Source of the DNA: Lama guanicoe
Lineage: Eukaryota
Direction of reading: 5' to 3'
NCBI GenBank assembly: GCA_013239625.1
Contig: MU054400.1
Span: 4,465,802-4,529,801, forward strand
Length of the DNA stretch: 64,000 nucleotides
The stretch's first letter is position 1. Each line of letters starts with the position of its first letter. The position numbers were made by a program, and so were the translations under genes. Below are positions 24,569 through 35,913 of this stretch, piece after piece. A model generated the notes under the pieces. It had not been told where the DNA came from and made no database searches. It was given only the letters and a program-made list of their open reading frames with translations.

Positions 24569-26851
24569 CAGATGTTGTCACAGTGCCTCAAGTTTCACAC
24601 TACTTATTCCCTTGCATTCATGCAGGAAATAAAGCTGTAAAATTGCAAATGTACCATCAACCATCAGCCCGAGAGTGCTTTGTAGTTCGGTAACTATTAT
24701 TTTCATTTGCTTGGTGATACAGTTAGACTTTAAGCACCCCAAGGACAGAACCGAAAATCACACTGAACAAAAGCAGAAACGCCCACCATGAAGTCTCAGA
24801 GTCTTATCACCCCTTTCATGTGATTCCCCATGGAGTTCTGCGAAGAACAACAGCTCAGACACTGAAGGTAAAGAAAACTTCTTGAACGTGTGGGGCCTGC
24901 ACTGAGCTAAGAATGGACAGGATTATAGAGGCAAAGGTAAAAGGAAAAATAAATATTTCTTTTGCTTGGCAAGTCTTTTGTTTGCAGCAGCTTCCAGAGA
25001 CACCCTGTACCACAGAAGGAGAGCCCAGAATTCTCTTCCTTGGATTCAGTTACCTTTGCTGGATTGTTTATGGGCCATTAATGTCTTTATTCAAAGTCAG
25101 CAAATCAGATGGAGTTTTATAAGCTCATAAGCTTGAGGCTCTTGGACTCACGCAGTCCATGCTATTTACTGAGCACCCACCTGCATCAGACTCTGTCCTA
25201 GTTACAGGGCACTGCAGATTCAGAGATGAATGAGCACATGTCCTGCATGCAATGGGCTTCGAGTCTATGAGCAATGCAGACAGCGCCCCCCAAAGCTACA
25301 GCAGAGTATGACTCATGCCATCACAGAGCAGAGCGTGTGACAAGGGCACCCACCCCAAGCAGAGGGATAGAGCAAGGGACTCAGAACAAAGTGATGTTTG
25401 AGTAGGCATGAGCCTGCAAATCAGAGGTGGGGGAGGCCCTTGCAAGAAGAAAGAAGAGCATTGGAAAGGAACAGAGGTATGAGAAACTTTGGGGCATCGA
25501 GGACACCGGATTTGGCAAACTGAGCTCGGGTACAAGAATGGGACACGGAGCAGAAAGAAGCTAACAGTGTCCCATTTGACTGGGGGAAGCCTCCCTTGGC
25601 ATAACACCTAGAACTCTGGGGTCCTTGAATCAAGACCAGCAAGACATGCTTCTTGCCTGTTCACATTCTAGCAGCAAAGAGAACAAAACAGACGCTGGGT
25701 GCAGAGTCTGAAGACACTCCCCATTATGGCATTTGTGTTCAGATCGGCTGTATCCTCTTCCTTATCTCGACTTTCCTGGTCACCCTGGGCCCAGGAGATG
25801 AGAGGAGCCACAAATATCCCCTCCAAGTCCCATACTTCCCGCCCCCAACAAGCCATACTCAGCCAGAATCATTTTTCATTTGGTATGAAGTCATTTCTAA
25901 AGTGCCTGCTTCTCATTAGAAAGGTAACATGATAGTCCCCGCGGGAGACGCACACGGGGCAGAAGTGAAACAGCCTTTTCCTTCACTGGTTCTCCTGCGA
26001 ACAGAAGTGTCGATGAGTCTTTTTTTTGTTCAGAAGACTCTGCTGAAATCTCAGGTCTGCGCTGTTGTTGCTTTGTTTGTGTATTTATGTTGGTTTGCAC
26101 AGGCATCTTTTCATCAAATGGGCCAGGTCCAAAAACACTGGCGCTCTTCCCACATGAGGATCTGCCACGGGTCAAGTGTGTCCCAGGTGTGGCTCCTTCA
26201 GCCTTCAATGTACACATGATTCTCATTACACGGTCCCCAAGGGCTGTGAAAACATTTTCTTGAGCTGTCCCCAAACATCCACAACCATGAATCGGTAAAC
26301 ACCAACTGGAAAGGCACTGTTTATTTAAAAATGCATCCTGAGCCTGCTCAGCCCCATCGCCCTCCTGTCCTGGACACCCAAGGTGGCCCTCACCACACTG
26401 CACCCCTTGGCTCTCTCAAGCTTCCCTCCATCTGGCCCTGGATTTCTGACTCCAATGCACAAAAAGCATCAGAGTCAGAAGAGATCTGCGTAGGAGGGAG
26501 GAGCTCTCAGACCTTCTAAAGCCCAAGTCAGGAGTCTGCTCTCCAGCTCACACTTCAACTTGCACACCTGGGACTTGCTCCTGTAGCCCTTTAAAAATGC
26601 TACTGTGTGCTAATTCTTGAGCTATAAAGCAGTCCATAGGAGGGAGCTGACCAGATCATTAAGGGAAATATAGCTGGCAGAAGAAAACACTGCCCCGAGA
26701 AGAGAGAAGAGCTTTTGTGAAGGAACACTTTGGGATGACTTGGGAAAAGTTATTTTCCACTCTGTGCCTCAGTTTCCCCATTTGTAAAATTAGGCCTTAG
26801 ACCAGATGGTCCCTTAACGACTGAAAAACTGTGATTGAAATACTATGCTGA

Positions 26852-26925
26852 GTGCACATTATCCACTGGGCACTGTACATCACATGAAATAAATTTTGCA
26901 CGCATTTTATTCTCAAAAAAAAAAA
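26852..26925 (+). pseudogene. Short processed retrocopy of an unidentified polyadenylated RNA 3' end
   Basis: AATAAA 26888-26893, A11 26915-26925, TSD gaaatactatgctga / gaagtactatgttga. Confidence 0.8.
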
Positions 26926-27231
26926 GAAGTACTATGTTGAAATACTGTGACTCTAAGAGATGGAATATGGGTCATTAATAAAGTAAACCTGTAAATTTAA
27001 TTTGACTGATACTCTTTGGGGAAGCAGAGGAGAAACCAAAATCTCACATTTGTCATCAATAAAAATAATCACCTTGAGGGTGGAAATAAAGGGGGAAGCC
27101 TTTAATCATGGGTAATACATGAAATAAGGATTAAAATGCTGTATTTTTTTTCTTTTGCTCTTTTAAAGAATTGAGCATTCTTTAAAAGTATTCTTACAAA
27201 AGGCAAACTTGACTCTAAAGGTTTGAAGCCA

Positions 27232-27411
27232 CAGAAATAGACTCATGGACAGAGAATACAGACTTGTGGTTACCAGGGGGGTAGAGGGTAGGAAGGGATA
27301 GACTGGGATTTCAAAATTGTAGAATAGATAAACAAGATTACACCGTATAGCACAGGGAAATAGACACAAAATGTTATGATAAATCACAGAGAAAAAAATG
27401 TGAAAAAAAAA
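27232..27411 (+). mobile_element. Young L1 3' UTR fragment, truncated at both ends, perfect TSD
   Basis: TSD aaaggtttgaagcca at 27217-27231 and 27412-27426. Confidence 0.92.
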
Positions 27412-27911
27412 AAAGGTTTGAAGCCATTCCCAGCAGCGAGGAGCAGCAGACATGAAAATGGAGACTAAAGCCCTCACTCGTCATGAGAGCCTGGCTGAGC
27501 TCCGCTGTGCCCCACGCCATCTCCAGATAACTGCAAGAGCGCTCTCGGGGCCTGAGCTAGGGGATGGGAGGTCCTCAGTGGTAGCAGCAGCCCTCAGCCT
27601 CCCACCCTGGCCAAGCTCCCCTGCAGAGAAAAGAAAGAGGAATGAAAGGGCAGCTCAGTACAGATGCCCAGTTACAGGAACTGAGATCTGAGTTTAATCT
27701 GGGCCCCGGGGGAGGGCTGATTTTGCAGGCGAGGCCAGAGAAGATGACAGAGATAAAAGAAGGCAGATTGGCTGGAAGCTTAAGGTTCTAGAAAAGCAAC
27801 TCTCAGGCCCAAGATGCCACTCCGGGGCTGAAGGTATAGGGGTAGGGTCCAGGATTCAAGGAATCTCGCCATGGTTTCAGGACCCTGGTCCCAGCAAGAA
27901 ACTGCATCGTT

Positions 27912-27988
27912 GGTGCAGGGATGGGGCTAGCTCAGTGGTAAAGCGCGTGCTTAGCACGCACGAGAAGACCTCCATTAAAAAAGAAAGA
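27912..27988 (+). mobile_element. tRNA-Ala-derived SINE lacking the T-arm/B-box
   Basis: tagctcagtggtaaagcgcgtgcttagcacgcacgag|aagacctccatt; TSD aagaaactgcatcgtt / aagaaactggattgtt. Confidence 0.88.
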
Positions 27989-29204
27989 AAGAAACTGGAT
28001 TGTTAACTCTGAAACCCAGTCTACCCTCCAGTGGTAGATGGAGCGGGGCCTGATGAATCAAGCTTCCGGGAAGGATGAGCTCCAGAACCAGATGGTGGTA
28101 TCAGACCTGAATGAGCCGGAGGAAATGCCCCCTTCTCCTACCCCAATCTGCAGCTACAGCACTCTCCTTCCATCTAGTTTGGGCACCTGACTTACCTGTT
28201 GGCTGCCCTGCCTCCCCTGGAAACCTGGGCTCCCACTGGATTGACCTGGGCTTAACCCTTACTGTTCCCTGGCTTGTCACATATTATAGAGCCAAGGGAC
28301 GGTCATCGCGTCCTTGTTGATCCTTGGGACACAGCCCTGCCTCTGTCCCCCAGACAACACATCAGCAGAAATTACATGATTCAGACAAGATTAGGGACCT
28401 GTTGGCAAAAATCCCAATTTCAGATGTCCTTTATTTGTCATTTTTTAACATATTTGACATCACTAATAGAGATTGCAACCTACTTCATAGACAGTTTCCA
28501 TTAGGTATGTCCAAATGAGGGCAGGGACCAGCCACCCCATGTGTAGCTCACGCTTCTAGGAAGCGCTCCATCATTAATCAGTTCCAAGGCCATCATCCAG
28601 GACACACCCACAGCCATGCTCAGTCCTGACTGCTACAGTTCTAAGTCCATATTAGTGACTCCAAACTCTAACCTACCCTGGACCTTCTGGATTTTTCACA
28701 TCAGCTGCTCCTGCTTTGGGGCCTCGTGTGTTTTAGAGACTCTAGATCTGCCTGCTTTAGTCATCTCAGATAGGGAAGCATTAAAAGTCAAGAATTTCCC
28801 AGGCCACATACATGCTCTGAGGCTCCAGGTTCGCTTTAAAAACTAAAGGGATACCAAAGTAGGGTTTAAAACTGAGGTTAAATATTTGCCTCAAACAAGT
28901 TAATATTTTTAATGGAAGAAGCATGACGCAGTATAATTGGGGTATCATTGTGCTGCTCACAACAAAAAGCATGAAGCAACCTACGTGTGCCACTCACAAC
29001 ACAGAAGATTAGCTACAAATATTAGTTGGTAGAGAACTAGGTTTGAGAATGAGCTCCAAAGTTTTAAATCATTCTCACTCTACCTTTTAGACTATACATA
29101 ATTTCATTTGGAAATGAACTGAAGGGTTCAAATGGGAGGCCCTCTGTAAAAGAGAGCCCTGGTGGGAGTTAGCTTCCTGGCCTCCACCCAAAAGTGGGTT
29201 GTTC

Positions 29205-29290
29205 TTTTTTTTTTTTTTAATTGAAGTATAGTTTTTTTACAATATTGTGTTAATTTTAGGTGTACAGAAAAGTGATTCAGTTTTATATAC

Positions 29291-29327
<37 letters not shown>

Positions 29328-29497
29328 TGCATACATACATATATATGTATTTCAAATTATTTTCCATTATAGGCTATTATAAATACTGAATATAGTTCCC
29401 TGTGCTATACAGTAGGTCTTTGTCATTTATCTACTTTATACATGGTAGTGTGTATCTGTCAACCCCATACTCCTAATTTATTTCTCTCTCCCTTTCT
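29205..29497 (-). mobile_element. L1 3' end with internal (TA)n(CA)n microsatellite
   Basis: T-tail, ttgaagtatagtt, tatagttccctgtgctatacagtagg; flanks ccaaaagtgggtt / ccaaaggtgggtt. Confidence 0.9.
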
Positions 29498-29989
29498 CCA
29501 AAGGTGGGTTCTTTCTCTGCACCAAACCCTACTACCTCAGCTCCTCCAACTGACCCTGCCCTGCACCCTATGAGGCTGAAGATACTTAGACATAATCCAT
29601 TCCCAATGATTCACACCAGTAAAAGTACCTGATGGGAACAATAACACAAAATGTACTCAATCTGATGCCACATGCACTTCCCTTCCCTCTCTCTTGCAGG
29701 CCAAGACTAGATTTCTGTCTTATATTTCCCAAAATAATAAAGGACTTTTGTGGGGATGGAAAGATGGGTGATGAGGAAGAGACTAGAGGAAGTCCAGGTA
29801 AGGAAGGTCTTTCTGGCTTCGGGACACTGGGGAGGGAGGAAGCTCTTGCATCTTTCCCTGCTCCTTCTCAGCTGCCTGCTGAAGGCTCCCTGGAAGGTGA
29901 GACTAACAGGTGTCAGTTAAGAAGCTGAACTCCAAAACAATGCCAAACTTTGTCAGACCCTCCAGACAGCCTCCAACTACCAGCACTTG

Positions 29990-31050
29990 AATATGAGAGT
30001 GGATCCGGATCCCATCCCAGCGCAGTCTCCTATGTGGATGAAACTCCTCCCTTCATCAGTCTTTGTAAATGAGAGCTCCTTCCCCTGTCAAAGATGAAAA
30101 AACCTTGAGATCCATTTTCCCAGCCCTGTCAGCTGCTAGGACACGGCCACACAACTTAAATGTGGTCAATAAGTGGCATCTACCCAGCCCTTTGAACACA
30201 GAGGGAGTGACACGCAGGCTAAGGTCCAATTAAAGTTACTTGCAGTGGCTTCGGGGAGGTGGGCAGTGGTACAGCGGAATGCCGGTGATGCCAGAGGCAC
30301 GGCTCACAGAAGCCATGCCTGTGGTGGGAGGGCAGCCATCCTTGCTGACTCCCCCAGAGCCTTGTTCATCAGACTTCCCATCTATCGTGTGATTGCCTGA
30401 TAACCTTCACATAAACCTTTCTTCTGTTTAAGTTAAAGAGAGTCCACTTGTGTACAAGTGAACTACAAATCATGCTGGAATGGACTGATTTTTCTCTCCC
30501 CCTTTGTTGAACTCAAGAGTGGTCATATGTTTTGCTTGAGCACAGGAAATGTGAGCAGAGAGAACCACGTGTCACTTCTGGAAAGAAGTTTTCAGAACCA
30601 GCCCATAGTTTGCTCTGTCTCTTCTCCTTTGACCAGAGGGGATAGACAACCCATGTTTCAGATAGGCCAGGGGCCACCCAACTTATCCTGTCAAGAGCTG
30701 GAAAGTAACAATTTTTGGCCCAATGGGATTTATGGTCTCCACTGCAACTACTTAATTCTAATGTCATAGTGCAAAAGCAGCCTTAAATAATGCATAAATG
30801 AATGACTGTGTCTATGTTTCACTAAAATTTTATTTACAAAGACAGATGGCAGGCTAGATTTGGCCCATAACCCATAGTTTCCCAATCCTGAGATAGACAC
30901 AGCTTTGTCAGCCTCAGTCCTGGAAAAAAGAGATGAGGAGCAGAAACACAGCGACTCACAGTAAGCAGGTAGCCTGAGTAAGAAATACAGCTTTGTTTCA
31001 GTGAGCCACTTAGCTTTGGGGGTTATTTGTTACTGCAACATAACTCAGCT
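29990..31050 (+). mobile_element. Old ERVL/MaLR LTR fragments (interrupted by MER58)
   Basis: tttcccagccctgtcagctgctagg, ataaaccttttcttctgtttaag, gtgagccacttagctttgggggttatttgttactgcaacataac. Confidence 0.55.
30695..30890. mobile_element. MER58A-like hAT MITE
   Basis: aaattttatttacaaagacagatggcaggctagatttggccc..catagtttcccaatcctg. Confidence 0.8.
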
Positions 31051-32285
31051 TGTCCTGACGGATAACATGAGTATATGGAGATAACTTCCATGAGAGTCAG
31101 TAAAAGTTGTTTTGTGTGATTTGATGAGCTTGGATCTACAGAGTGAGGCAAAAACTTCTTCACTTCTCAAGGTCAAAGAGCCTTTGCTTCTGTGACACAG
31201 TTCCAAATGGACTATTGGTATCTGAGACCCCATTACCCTAATCATCACAGAGCAGCAAGAGCAGCAGTACAGGTCTGCCTCAGGAGGGGACCACTGGGCT
31301 AGGAGCCCAGAGGACTGGATTCGAGTCCTTCATTTGCTTCAAATTAATGGTGTGACTCTGAACACTCACACCCTCTCTAGGTCTCCAGTTTTCCATGTGA
31401 AAAACAAAAGGGTGCTCTGGCTCTGAGGCACCCTCTCCAACCTCTACCGCTCCAGGGCTGTCCTGAGGACACTGTCTACCAGATGACTGACAGCAACAGG
31501 AGGCAGAGAAATGACCGTGGGTGATAAACAGCGCCTTGTGAAATAGATCCTGTCTGCTGGCACAGGCACGTCGAGCTCCTGGAAAGGGCTAGGGGGTGGG
31601 GGAGTCATTTTCCAGACCCACAGGAAGCAGCACGATGGAGCCAGCAGAACAAAGCCGCCAGGATGAAATGTGAGTTTTGTGCCCACGCTTCTCTGCATCC
31701 CTACTGAGAACTTAACACTCAGCAGTTTAGTCACTCTTGGCCTTGAGAATAAATTCCTTCATGCTCCTTGGCTGTTTCCAAAGTATGTTCTCATCTCAGA
31801 TTCAGTCGAAAATTTCTTTAAAAATCAAGGCTGAAAGCAGAAGACCGGGACCCCTCATTTCTTTCTTGACTTTTATGCCCACACGAGGGTTGAGGACCTT
31901 CCCAGAGCCAACAGCACATGCTGTACCAGACCCAGCCCGGCATCTGGTGCCGCTAGGGTCTGTACATGTGAAATCCCGATTTAATCCCCACGCCAGAGGC
32001 TTAATCCCTGAACCCTGAATCAGTCCTTGGCAGAGAGATGGCTCTCGGCCCACTTGTAAATTTCCATCCTCCAAACCCCTCCAGGCCAGTTAAAGGCTCA
32101 GTAAGCTCTGGGGTTCCAGGGAGAGACCCCTACCCAGCCCTGCCTGAGCCTCAGGTCAGGACATCCAGGCAGGGAAGGGTGGAAGGGAGGGTTTGCCAAA
32201 GCCTGCCTCTGCTCTAAGGCTTTTTCCTAATAACCGGCCACAGTGTCTGGGTTTGCCACCATTACTGTCCTGCTTTTGTCTGTGG

Positions 32286-32507
32286 CAGAGGTCAGCAAAC
32301 CACAGCTCACAGACCAAATGAAGCCCATCATCCGTTTTTGTAAATAAAGTTTTATTGGAACACAGCCACCCCCGTTCATCTCTGTATCACGTTATGGTTG
32401 CTTTCCTGCTAGGACCACATCGTTGCTATTGTAACGGAGACCGATGGCCCATAAAGCTGAAAATATTTACTAACTGGCCCTTTATAGAAAAAGTTGGCTG
32501 ACTCTTG
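32286..32507. mobile_element. MER58A-like hAT MITE
   Basis: TIRs cagaggtcagcaaac / gttggctgactcttg; gtaaataaagttttattggaacacagcc; flanks gtctgtgg / gtctggaa. Confidence 0.88.
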
Positions 32508-32640
32508 GTCTGGAATTTTCTACCAAAAGCAGTTTTATGTTACACTAACTCATCAGCCGCTCTGAAAATACTGTCAGGCTAGTTATTTGTCAGGATAACT
32601 AATCGGGATCAAGACCGTGAAGACTGTAGGACAAGCCAAA

Positions 32641-32662
32641 TGTGTGTGTGTGTGTGTGTGTG
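32641..32662. repeat. (TG)11 microsatellite
   Basis: Direct reading. Confidence 0.95.
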
Positions 32663-33404
32663 CATGTCCACGTGTGCACGTGCACACACATGTGGCAGTT
32701 TGTGTACATAAATTAGAGATGGAGCCTGGGGAAGAGAGAACTGAAAAAAAACTAGAGTATTTAATAAGTTTAAGCAGAGCATTTAAGAGAGGACTCTGGG
32801 AATGTAGCAAATGGACATCACAAGAACTATGGGCTCTGGGAGAAGAAATAAACTTTTATCATTAATATCATTACCGATACTATTATTAGAGTAGGCAAAG
32901 TGTTTCACACATCTTATCTTATTTCATCTCCCCCCTGAGAACATGTGCAGTATTAAGGGGGGTGTACACTTTGTATCAGTGGGACTTAACGTTCTGAAAT
33001 GGCTTACCCAGCATGGCCCAGGGAACAGGACTAGCATCCCTCTCTTCTAGTGTTGAGTCTCGTCCTCTTTACAAAGGATGTTTAAGACTTCCTTCAGGAT
33101 TTGCCTCAGCCTGAACGTACACCAGGACCAGATGAGCCCTTGACAAAGGAACCAAAAGCCCCATAGTCCCTGATTGAGAACACAGTCGACACATGCCAAC
33201 ACAGGGCAAAGGAGGGGAGTGCCAGGTGGGGCCGGGCGCTCCCTCACCCCTGCTGCCACACCCAGCACAGCACCACGTCCCAGCAAACTCCAAACACCCT
33301 GCCTCTGGCTCCGTGGCTTCCTTTGTATCTGACTTTGACCCAACGCTCAAGATTTGAAGTGATAATGTTAATTGAAAACAACAGATGCCAAATACAATAT
33401 TTGA

Positions 33405-33545
33405 GCAATTCTAACAACCCTATGAGGTGTTATAACATCTTTTTTAATAAGTGAGAATACTGAGGCTCAGGAAGGTTAAGTAACTTCCCTAAGGTCACAC
33501 AGCAGATAAGAGAGGGAACCAGAACACAGATCAGCTCTGAGTCAG
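33405..33545 (-). mobile_element. MIR SINE
   Basis: aacaaccctatgaggt...actgaggctcaggaaggttaagtaacttccctaaggtcacacagc. Confidence 0.85.
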
Positions 33546-35768
33546 GGTTCCCCACGGTGGCGCACCAACACCTCAGGACAAACTGAGACACTACCGGGAG
33601 AGTCCAGGAGGGACAGGGAAGGAAGCAAGGATGTCACCAGAAGAAGGAGAGAGCTCACCCATCCTCCAGCATCTTCTGCATTGCCAGGGGTGCGACCTTG
33701 TCCACAGTGACTTGGGAACACCTGCAGCTGCGGCAGTGAGGAGTCTGGAAAAGAAGTCTAGCTCTCTTGCCTGAACCTCAAAGTTTCTTCACTTCCCTTT
33801 CTTTCTCCACCAAATCTATCTTCCATTACTAATCACTGGCATTTCAGTTATTAACATAACTCTTCAGGACCCGTGAGCCGTGCTATAATTAAACAGGATT
33901 TATATTCAGTAGGTTTGTAAAAGGCCAAGAACTATAGTTAGGCCAGAGGGCAGTTAGGAATTTACAAAGAAAAGAGATGTTAAAACAAAACAATAGTAGA
34001 GAAAATTTTAAAACAAAACATGACATTCTTTCTGCATTTTTTTCTGGATTCCCAGATCTTAAGTTGACATTGTATTTATTGTGACAAAGGAAAAAAAAAA
34101 AAGAGATGAGTCTGAAAAACATCTTTTAGAGTTTATTATTTGGGGAGCCTGAATAATTCATTAAATCTCTTACATATTAATTTAAAAATTCAAAATAAAA
34201 ACCCCAATCCTTTGAATTTCCCATGTAGCTTTTGCTCTTCATCTCCGAATCTGACTAGAAGGCATGATTTTTCCTCTATAGGAAAAGGTCTCTCTCGTAT
34301 TTAAGCAGTCTGGAAAGAAAATGTGAAACCCCATCTCTTGACGCTGCCTGCACATCTGGTGGGGCCATCAGAGTAAATCCAAACCGCAAAGGCCAAGCCG
34401 GTGCCAACTGTGAGCCACCAGCTGAGGACCGAAGCGGGGAAAACGCTCACTGCTGCGATGCTTTGCACTTGCTCAGGGCTGAGTGTGTTCTCCCTTCTCT
34501 CTGCTCTGAGCAGAAGGGACATGTCTGCACACACAGTTACAGCCTGGCGAAGTTTTTATCTCTTAGCCATATTTTTCTAAGCATATTTACAATGTAACTC
34601 CCTGGCTGTGACTATGACAGTTTTCTCGTGTGTGCGTGTGTATGCATGTGTGTATGACTAGCTATCTGTCTGTCTTAAAACAGACTCTGCCCTCTTTTTG
34701 ACTACATCAACCTGCTGTGCCCCATTATCTCTGGCCTTTGTGGCTTAGAAGATCAGAGACGCTGTTCCCTGGAAAAGACCCAGAGAAGGAAGGAAACAGA
34801 AACAAAAATGTTTTCTCAGTGAAATGACCTGATTACACACAGAGTGACTATTTCTAAGCCATCTCATCACTGCCCCCATTCAGTGCTGGAGCAAATCCAC
34901 AAAAGCTGTAGAGGCCTCCTCCCGTGTCTACTGGCTAAGAAAAACTGCAGCTGCCTGGGGGAGGGGGTGTCTAAATGACAAGGTTGTCCTCACCCCCGGG
35001 TGATGGCGGGTACCAGCGGGTGTGGAGATTTCGGAAGGAGGGACACACCTTCCCATTGACCAAGGGGCTTCCCTCAGTTAAGTGTCATGCCAAGTATCAA
35101 TTCTGCATCCTCTGCTGGGGTTTGAACCTTGGCTCCAGCATGGCAAGTCCCTGTGCCTCAGTTTTCTTATCTGTAAAATGGGTGACTGTGGAGAGTGAGG
35201 CAATGGAACAAGGGAGTGCCCAGAATACAACATCAGTTATTATCATTATCATAATCTGAGTTCCTTATTGACGCCCACAAAGCCTTCACCCCTCCTCTCC
35301 TCCCTCCAGAACATTCCACCCTGATTATCATTCTATTTCTCAATCAGGCCAAGATCTTTTCCCTGCCAGGACCCCTGCTCTTGCTATCCCTACTGCCTAG
35401 AGCACAAGCCTCCAAGTCTCCACATGTCTGCATCCTTCTCATCCGTCCCCACTGAGTGCAAGTGTGATCTCCTTTGGGACCTCCTGAAGGTCCTTTTTTT
35501 TTCTTTTAATGAAGAAAATCGAACATGTTGCAAAGCAGTGATCTCCACAATAAATTGTTAAGTGCAAAAAAGCAAAGTCCAGAACAGTATATATAGTAAG
35601 TTATCTTTTATCTAGGAAGGGGCAGATATTTGTGTATACATATCTGGATGTACATGTATATGTGTGTGTATTTGTATGTATTTGCTTTTGTTTTTAAAGA
35701 ATAGACAAAACACCCAAAAGCTAACAGAAATGGCCACGGGCAGAGAGGACAAGAATAGTATGGAAGCA

Positions 35769-35913
35769 GAGGAGGGTAGAGCTCAGGGGTAGAGCACCTG
35801 CTTAGCATGCACGAGGTCCTGGGTTCAATCCCCAGTCCCTCCATTAAATAAATAAATAAACAAACAAACAAACCTAATTACCTACCACTTCCGCTGCCCC
35901 CCCCCAAAAAAAA
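35769..35913 (+). mobile_element. tRNA-Ala-derived SINE inserted in an old L1 3' end (about 35520-36290)
   Basis: cttagcatgcacgaggtcctgggttcaatccccag, tail aaacctaattacc. Confidence 0.92.
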
